Origin: a virus
Lineage: Duplodnaviria; Caudoviricetes
Strand: one strand, 5' to 3'
DNA length: 41,629 nt
IMG/VR virus record: IMGVR_UViG_3300024254_000006
Span: 1-41,629 of that record
The translations under genes were made by a program, and so were the position numbers. How positions within the stretch are numbered: the first letter of the stretch is position 1; every line of letters begins with the position of its first letter. The notes beneath the pieces are model-generated. The model saw only the letters and a program-made list of their open reading frames with translations, searched no databases and was not told the origin of the DNA. Below, piece after piece: positions 35,858-41,629 of the stretch.

Positions 35858-36271
35858 ATGACTCTTTATCAGGAAAAACTAAAAGATCCGCGATGGCAAA
35901 AGAGGCGTCTGGAAATTTTACAAAGAGATTCATGGACGTGTGTAGGGTGCGCAGGGACGGAAAAGACTCTCCATGTTCACCATTTCTGGTATGAAGACAA
36001 TCTCGACCCGTGGGAATATCCAGACAGATGCTTAGTTACACTATGTGAATCCTGTCACGAGCTTGTGCCATCAGGTTTCAACCTAACGCGCGTTCAAGCT
36101 CAACTATCTCACTGCGATAAAGTCGCAATTGATCGCAGTATCGTCCGGTCGATTTTACAACTTGCTCCAAAAGGCGACCCCTTCCGTTCCATTGCTAAAG
36201 AAATCGTTTCCAGTGTCCCGTTCTATCGAATTTTTCTGGAACACATAGAGAGTGGAGCGGCACCGCAATGA
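35858..36271 (+). CDS. HNH-type endonuclease-like protein
   Basis: LKDPRWQKRRLEILQRD.WTC..C......LHVHH..Y; LVTLCESCH. Confidence 0.85.
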   Translation: MTLYQEKLKDPRWQKRRLEILQRDSWTCVGCAGTEKTLHVHHFWYEDNLDPWEYPDRCLVTLCESCHELVPSGFNLTRVQAQLSHCDKVAIDRSIVRSILQLAPKGDPFRSIAKEIVSSVPFYRIFLEHIESGAAPQ

Positions 36272-36576
36272 ACACACAACCATCACTCTTCGAAACTCAA
36301 CCGCCGCCAGCACGATCGCGGCACTCCGACCCGTCAACTAGTAAAGCCGCGGCGAGAAGCGTCGACGCAAATCACCTAGAAGGGCTCGTCGTCGACGCTC
36401 TTCGAAGGCATCCGATCGGAATGACATCGCATGAAGTTGCTGCCTATCTCGATTTGTCGCTCGTAACCGTGAGTCCACGTTTCCGGCCATTGGTGAATAA
36501 AAACCTCATCATCGATTCCGGCGAGAAGCGCGCTGGCGTTGGATTTAGGAACTCGATTGTCTGGAAGGCGAAGTGA
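36268..36576 (+). CDS. Winged-HTH phage protein
   Basis: R.SDPSTS.AAA; GMT..EVA.......TVSPR...L...LI.DSG..R. Confidence 0.8.
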   Translation: MNTQPSLFETQPPPARSRHSDPSTSKAAARSVDANHLEGLVVDALRRHPIGMTSHEVAAYLDLSLVTVSPRFRPLVNKNLIIDSGEKRAGVGFRNSIVWKAK

Positions 36577-36577
36577 T

Positions 36578-37447
36578 TTGCTCGTTCAAATCAAAAACAG
36601 GTCAGAGAGGATAATACGAGTGTTTCCGATCAGGACTTCATTCACGCCGAACGATGATCTAGCATTCGTCGGTTATCCGCCAATGTTCAAACCAGGCGAT
36701 CGCAAAACTCCCGTTCATGTGAGCGTTGTTTTCAAATGGTGTCGCGACATGGCAGAGAAGATAGCGGCTTCATGGCGCGATCACTATGATGACGTTCTCA
36801 TCGGCGGTCCTGCTTACGGCGATTATGGCTCTGAATTTACGCCAGGAATGTATCTGAAACAGGGCTGCACGATCACTAGCCGCGGATGCGTGAAGCATTG
36901 CGGTTGGTGTCCTGAAAAAGATCGCGATCTCATTGAACTAGACATCAAGCCGGGCTGGATTATTCAAGACTCCAATCTTCTCGCATGTTCGGAGCATCAC
37001 ATTCGCGCCGTCTTCGATATGCTGAGAAAACAAAATCGGCCTGCTAAATTTTGTGGGGGGCTCGACAAACATTTTCTGAAACCGTGGCACCGTGAATTAT
37101 TTGATTCGATCAAGATCGACGAACTATGGTTCGCTTGCGATGTAACGCGCGATCTTCCCTGGCTGGAACGTGCCGCCGAAATACTTGACGGCATTCCGAT
37201 CGACAAACTTCGCTGCTATACGATGATTGGCTATGATGATGAGCCGGAATCGTTGGAAGAATCCGCGCGTCGCATCGAACGTGTATTCGAGCTAGGATTC
37301 CTACCGTTTTGCCAGCTCTATAAACCTGACAATTCTGTGAAAGTGTATCCGGCTGAATGGAAAGAGCTACAGCGAAAGTGGGCGAGACCGGCGGCTTATA
37401 GAGCGGCCAAGGTAACGCCTTGTGAGCAATCAGGGCTATTCGCATGA
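36578..37447 (+). CDS. Radical SAM-like protein
   Basis: TSRGCVKHCGWC (CxxxCxxC), GGP, D.NLLA; TTG start uncertain. Confidence 0.85.
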   Translation: MLVQIKNRSERIIRVFPIRTSFTPNDDLAFVGYPPMFKPGDRKTPVHVSVVFKWCRDMAEKIAASWRDHYDDVLIGGPAYGDYGSEFTPGMYLKQGCTITSRGCVKHCGWCPEKDRDLIELDIKPGWIIQDSNLLACSEHHIRAVFDMLRKQNRPAKFCGGLDKHFLKPWHRELFDSIKIDELWFACDVTRDLPWLERAAEILDGIPIDKLRCYTMIGYDDEPESLEESARRIERVFELGFLPFCQLYKPDNSVKVYPAEWKELQRKWARPAAYRAAKVTPCEQSGLFA

Positions 37448-37941
37448 TTCACTTCGTTTGCTTTGGTCGGCCTCAACCTCAAGGCTCGAAGACGCCCTGG
37501 CTGCCGCGCTACAAAGGCGGCGCGTTCGTGATCGGCAAGAGCGGCCAGCCAGTTATCGCCACGATGGACAGCAACAAAAAGCTGAAACCCTGGCGCCAGG
37601 AGCTAACACGCGCAGCACTTGAAGCCAATCGCGGCAACGTAATCGCCGAGAGAGAAATTCCAGTTTGCGTGCGGATAGAATTTTACTTGGCGAAGCCCGC
37701 CAGCACCCCAAAAAGAATCACCCGCCCGACCAAGAAACCAGACATCGACAAATTGACCCGGGCTGTCTTCGACTCACTCACAGGAACGATCGTCACGGAC
37801 GATTCGCAGATCGTGGAAGCCATGGTCGGAAAATGGTTCGGCCTTCCCGAGCGCGTTGAAATCTTCGTCGAACTCGCACAGCCTGCGCAGCCTTTGCTTG
37901 TCAGTAATTTCCAGTTTCAGGAAATGGGGCCTCGGCCATGA
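37444..37941 (+). CDS. rusA: RusA-family Holliday junction resolvase
   Basis: G.PQPQGSK, KPDIDKL.RAVFDSLTG....DDSQIV. Confidence 0.93.
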   Translation: MIHFVCFGRPQPQGSKTPWLPRYKGGAFVIGKSGQPVIATMDSNKKLKPWRQELTRAALEANRGNVIAEREIPVCVRIEFYLAKPASTPKRITRPTKKPDIDKLTRAVFDSLTGTIVTDDSQIVEAMVGKWFGLPERVEIFVELAQPAQPLLVSNFQFQEMGPRP

Positions 37942-37969
37942 GCGGCGCAGACGGGACGGAAGGGCACAA

Positions 37970-38308
37970 ATGAGAAAGCTGATGATCTGCACTTTATTCT
38001 GGCTATTCGCTCCACAGAGCCAGATGGTTGCGCCGAAGGTAGAGCACAAAAAGCGCACCGAGACTCAGGTGTACGACGAAGTGACGCGCTCATGTCCTGA
38101 TGGCTATGAAGGTCATTTTGTGGATATACAGGCGGGATTCGGCGGGAGCAGCGGCTACAACGGCAGCAATAATAATCTGGTGTTTTATCAAACCATTTTT
38201 GGTCCCGAAGCTGGATATACGGTCTGCTTCAAGAAAGAGTTCATGGATGAGATACGCAAGAATCCTGAATTGCTTGTGCAGCGTCCAGCGCCGCCTAGGC
38301 CAATTTGA
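37970..38308 (+). CDS. Hypothetical protein with a possible signal sequence
   Basis: MRKLMICTLFWLFAP short hydrophobic N-terminus; two further Cys. Confidence 0.55.
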   Translation: MRKLMICTLFWLFAPQSQMVAPKVEHKKRTETQVYDEVTRSCPDGYEGHFVDIQAGFGGSSGYNGSNNNLVFYQTIFGPEAGYTVCFKKEFMDEIRKNPELLVQRPAPPRPI

Positions 38309-38427
38309 AAGAAGGGCGATGGCCTGCGGAACCGGTTGCGCCAGTCTGCCTTCTCCGTTATCTGCGCCGAAGAAAACTTTCTGACCGGTCCCGCGATTTG
38401 ATAGTACGCGAAAGATGGGGGCTTTAA

Positions 38428-38865
38428 ATGGTAAATAAAAGACATGCAATAGCGATTGCATTTCCTTGTGCTCGAGCCGAGGAAACGATTCATCCCCGAT
38501 TCTGGGACAGAATGTGGTCGAAAGGTCATTCACTTTCAACGATCTTGACCGTCAACAAATGACTGACTTTTAATTCAGGGCGGCCAGTTTGGCACGCCTC
38601 GGTCGGGTTGCTTGATATAGCAAAAGGCAAGACGCTTCCAATTGGAAAACTGTCTGAGGTCAACAAACGCATTCTTATAGCGGCTTCAAAATCGATGCTT
38701 TCCGGCGTCGGACAAATTCCGAGCGTGGTTGAGTCTTTTCAGTTCGCTATCCATTATCGACGAAGCCTAACGGAAGAGGAGATTTGTTATTTGCCCGGGG
38801 AATGGTGCGCGCTTCCAGCAATTGACGAAGGTGGCTTGGGAGAACTCATCGAGCGCGATACGTGA
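38428..38865 (+). CDS. Hypothetical protein interrupted by an in-frame TGA (38560-38562): recoded or a pseudogene
   Basis: GGGGG RBS plus ATG; 44 codons, TGA, then the same frame continues into ORF 38608..38865. Confidence 0.55.
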
Positions 38866-39120
38866 AGCAGTCCCTAAAAATCAGCCAGCCAAAACATAGC
38901 GGGCTCCTGTCCTTTCGGTCAGGTTCGTAACTACGTCAACAGATTGGACTTATTTCTTGCGTAAATAGAAAGAATGCCGTACAAATTCACACAGAGCAGT
39001 TTCCCCCTGCTGGCTATAGCAGGCCGCCAGAAGTCGAGGCGGCGTAGCATTCCGCAAACAGGTCTCCAAAACATTTCAAACCGTAGATCGATAGGCATTA
39101 TCGGCCGATGCGATTCCGAG

Positions 39121-39369
39121 ATGTCCACGCCTCATCTCCATTTCAGCCCTGCGCAAACTGATGAATACATTCGAGCCGGGCGCCTGATTTGGGTCGTCGA
39201 TGGCGAATTGGCTCGCAAAACCTACCTGTTCGACGAAGTCAAAAAACCTCAAGTCAAATTCAGAAAGACAGGCGAATGGATTCCAATTCCTTCGCCGCCG
39301 CTGCCATCTGATGGCATTTTCAAAGACGGTTATTTCGGGCCTAAAAACAACGTCCTGCAGTTCGTCTGA
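39121..39369 (+). CDS. Hypothetical protein
   Basis: ORF after a structured intergenic region; start uncertain. Confidence 0.55.
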   Translation: MSTPHLHFSPAQTDEYIRAGRLIWVVDGELARKTYLFDEVKKPQVKFRKTGEWIPIPSPPLPSDGIFKDGYFGPKNNVLQFV

Positions 39370-39385
39370 ACAGGAAAGGATTCAA

Positions 39386-39562
39386 ATGCACATGCTTCAT
39401 GTAATTCTGATTTCGCTTTTTGTGGGGGCTCTGATCGGCGTCGCTGGATTCTATTTCGGCCACGGCTACGCGACTAAATATTGGGGAGAATTCGTCTCCG
39501 GGCTTCAAAAAGACAAAAGCAAGCTCGAAGATGAGCTCGCCAGGCTGAGACAAAGACTGTGA
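39386..39562 (+). CDS. Small TM plus coiled-coil protein
   Basis: AAGGA RBS; hydrophobic N-terminal half. Confidence 0.65.
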   Translation: MHMLHVILISLFVGALIGVAGFYFGHGYATKYWGEFVSGLQKDKSKLEDELARLRQRL

Positions 39563-39563
39563 A

Positions 39564-39938
39564 ATGCCGCGGTCTGCGAAAAACGCTTGCCAGGCTCCTG
39601 GCTGCACGAAGTCAGGGCCAGGAATGTATTGCGTCGAACATGCGCGGCTTCAGCTCGCCAATCGCCTCGAACGTGACAAAGAACGTGGATCAGCGCACTC
39701 ACGCGGCTACGACGCTCAACATCGCAAATGGCGTTTACTCATTCTCAGGCGCGATCCGCTTTGTAAGATTGCGCGACTCTGCGGCGGCTTTGCCCAATCG
39801 ACTGACGCCGATCACATCGTTCCAATCGAAAAAGGTGGGGCCAGATTCGATCTCGCGAACGGACAAGGCGCTTGCCATGCTTGCCACGCGCACAAAACTG
39901 CGACAGAAGACTCCTATTTTTCTCGTCACAAAAGGTAG
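39564..39938 (+). CDS. Terminase-associated HNH endonuclease (HK97 gp74-like)
   Basis: RGSAHSRGYD..H.KWR..IL.RDPLC, DHIVP...GG, N.Q..CH.CH..KT. Confidence 0.93.
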   Translation: MPRSAKNACQAPGCTKSGPGMYCVEHARLQLANRLERDKERGSAHSRGYDAQHRKWRLLILRRDPLCKIARLCGGFAQSTDADHIVPIEKGGARFDLANGQGACHACHAHKTATEDSYFSRHKR

Positions 39939-40030
39939 GGGTACTCAAATCTCTACAAATCGAACCCTATGAAACCCCCCTCTTACCTCCAAGCACACCG
40001 CCGCGAAATAGAAAAAATCGCGAAATTGCC
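39935..40030 (+). other. Putative cos region
   Basis: GGTAGGGG..CAAATCTCT ... CGCGAAAT pattern just after the HNH gene, as in HK97-like 3'-cos phages; the exact nick site cannot be determined. Confidence 0.55.
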
Positions 40031-40039
40031 GCAAGTCCA

Positions 40040-40471
40040 ATGGAATCAACAATCGTGACGGTGTCATACGATTTGATTATGAAATTCTGCAAAGCGATCG
40101 CAGTTGCAGAGGGTTACGGCAAGCCGGGCCCGACTTCGCACTCAAACAATCCTGGCAACATCACCGACGACGGCGATGTCGGATGCGGGTGCGTTGAAAC
40201 GCACGGCCGAAACGGCGCGAAGATCACGATTTACCCGACGCCAGATGCGGGCTGGGCCGCCCTAGAAAGAAAAGTCGGCCGGATGCTTTGCGGCGGCTCG
40301 CGCGTTTATAAACTCAACATGACGATCGCGGAACTTGCACTCAAATGGAGCGGTGATCCGAACTGGGGAATCAACGTCGCGCAGTGTTTGCAGGTTTCGC
40401 CGAGCACGACGCTCGCGGACCTCGTTTCGGATGATCCGAAATCCCAAGATTCGAAATGGCCAAATGGCTAA
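40040..40471 (+). CDS. NNPGNI-motif lysozyme-like protein, endolysin candidate
   Basis: AIAVAEG, NNPGNI, YPTP.AG..AL, TI......W; start could be 40079. Confidence 0.65.
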   Translation: MESTIVTVSYDLIMKFCKAIAVAEGYGKPGPTSHSNNPGNITDDGDVGCGCVETHGRNGAKITIYPTPDAGWAALERKVGRMLCGGSRVYKLNMTIAELALKWSGDPNWGINVAQCLQVSPSTTLADLVSDDPKSQDSKWPNG

Positions 40472-40652
40472 ATCAATTGTGATTCGCGCGTGGGCGTCGG
40501 TCGGAAACCACGGCAAACCATTTGTGACGACATATTCAGCGCATGAAGCCTGCGTCGGTCGATTCGAGATTTACGCAACTAAGGGCGACGCCAGGCGCCA
40601 AGCCGCGCGAGAGGACCTAGTCAAACGCTGCACCATCAGAGTGGAAAGATAA
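40464..40652 (+). CDS. Hypothetical protein
   Basis: Overlaps the previous stop and fills the gap. Confidence 0.55.
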   Translation: MAKSIVIRAWASVGNHGKPFVTTYSAHEACVGRFEIYATKGDARRQAAREDLVKRCTIRVER

Positions 40653-40664
40653 TCGGAGGTAATC

Positions 40665-40889
40665 ATGAAAGTACGTCTGCTTGAAAACGTGACTCACCAC
40701 GGATTGAACGGATGCGTCGGCCAGGTTCTCGATTTGCCGAAGGACGTCGCCGAAGACCTCGAGCGCCACGGTCACGCGACATTTGACCTCGCAGCAGAAG
40801 AGGTTCCGGCGGTCACTGAGCTGGAAGCGAAAGCGATCGAAGAGGAAGACGAGCCCGTCACCAAGAAAGCGAAAAAAGCTCACAAGTAA
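40665..40889 (+). CDS. Small hypothetical protein resembling 7676-7882
   Basis: GGAGG RBS; MKVRLL..GQVLDL..VA.DL...G.A; Lys-rich tail. Confidence 0.7.
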   Translation: MKVRLLENVTHHGLNGCVGQVLDLPKDVAEDLERHGHATFDLAAEEVPAVTELEAKAIEEEDEPVTKKAKKAHK

Positions 40890-41411
40890 ATGGCTCGCGG
40901 TCGCCGTCCACTCCCAAGCACCATAAAGAATTTGCGCGGTAATCCTGGCAAACGTCAGATCAACACGAATGAGCCGGTTTCACAACCAGGCGATCCAACG
41001 ATGCCGACAGGATTGTCGGATGCCGCGCAAAAGAAATGGCACGAACTCTTGGACGTCCTGCGCCCAATGCGCGTGCTAACGATTGCCGACGGGCTGAACC
41101 TCGCGGCGATCTGCTACACCTTCGACGTATGGATGAGCGCGAACGAAGACGTGAAGACGCTGGGAGTGATGGCCAAAGTCCCAGTGATGGGCCGCAAGGG
41201 AACGCTCGAAGAAAAAGAAGTCATCGGCTGGATAGTGAAGAAGAATCCAGCGGTCGCAGTCGCCAACGAGGCGCTGAAGACAATGAAGTCCTACATGGTC
41301 GAGGTCGGCCTGACTCCCGCATCGCGGTCGAAGCTGCACATCGAGAAAGAGAAGCCGGTCGATCCGGCTGACGCTTACTTCGAAAAAAAGCAGCCAAGGC
41401 ATGTCAACTAA
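40890..41411 (+). CDS. terS: Terminase small subunit, P27 family
   Basis: RGRRPLP...K.LRGNPGKR, P..LS..A...W, KNPAV, GLTPASRSKL. Confidence 0.95.
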   Translation: MARGRRPLPSTIKNLRGNPGKRQINTNEPVSQPGDPTMPTGLSDAAQKKWHELLDVLRPMRVLTIADGLNLAAICYTFDVWMSANEDVKTLGVMAKVPVMGRKGTLEEKEVIGWIVKKNPAVAVANEALKTMKSYMVEVGLTPASRSKLHIEKEKPVDPADAYFEKKQPRHVN

Positions 41412-41629
41412 ATGGAATGCCACGCGAAGATCAGACGCTTCACCGTCTCGACTGATGCATACACGGCGATCACCGCACCGTATGCCTGTTCCTATTTCGG
41501 AGTTCTCGGACCGGCGGACGGGAGCACGTTATTGCGAAGCTCAGACCCAGAAAATGACTGCGCATGGTACAGCATGGGGCCTGGATACGGATGTGCGCTC
41601 GTCGTTCCTTATCAGGGCGCAAGCATGAC
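41412..41629 (+). CDS. 5' part of an origin-spanning 103-aa hypothetical protein (41412-41502 joined to 1-221)
   Basis: ATG directly follows the terS TAA; reads MECHAKIRRFTVSTDAYTAITAPYACSYFGVLGPADGSTLLRSSDPEND..., in frame with ORF 30..221. Confidence 0.8.
   Translation, partial: MECHAKIRRFTVSTDAYTAITAPYACSYFGVLGPADGSTLLRSSDPENDCAWYSMGPGYGCALVVPYQGASM
41503..41629. repeat. Terminal direct repeat (copy 2)
   Basis: Identical to 1-127. Confidence 0.95.

Noticed and set aside
38319-38438. Second UGA readthrough (MACGTGC...KTF*PVPRF...)
   Set aside because: Very short, not protein-like, and better explained by the overlapping RNA stem
41401-41628. ORF-track 75-aa ORF at the end of the window
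   Set aside because: The frame starting at 41412 abuts terS and joins ORF 30..221, a better gene model
1-41629. Genome-wide stop-codon reassignment
   Set aside because: TGA, TAG and TAA all terminate well-recognised genes at the expected lengths

Overview
The window is an apparently complete, circular temperate siphovirus genome of 41,502 bp. Bases 1-127 are repeated exactly at 41503-41629, which is most likely an assembler k-mer overlap. It has an HK97-type packaging and head module: HNH, a cos-like region, P27-family TerS, TerL, portal, S49 protease and major capsid protein. The tail is lambda-like, with a -1 frameshifted G/GT chaperone and a tape measure protein. The tail tip is RcGTA-like: two DUF2460 Dit copies, a DUF2163/BR0599 hub, NlpC/P60, a megatron/J-like protein and DUF2793. 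The early region carries a tyrosine integrase, Gp157, RecT, a replication initiator with iterons, a radical SAM protein and RusA. The host is probably an acidobacterium (inference from domain style, unverified). Most notable points: (1) No CI/S24 repressor is visible. Instead, the control region holds an unannotated 51-aa secreted pro-peptide gene (27660-27815, minus strand, ending PSSPTPPLPF), a ~7-TM membrane protein and RHH/HTH regulators, which together are a candidate phage peptide-signalling system. (2) The integrase and the HTH gene have mirror-image leaderless promoters that share one -35 palindrome. (3) Four fibre/spike-like genes carry Sec signal peptides. (4) One gene is split by an in-frame UGA followed by a SECIS-like hairpin. 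All family calls are by motif recognition only; no searches were run.
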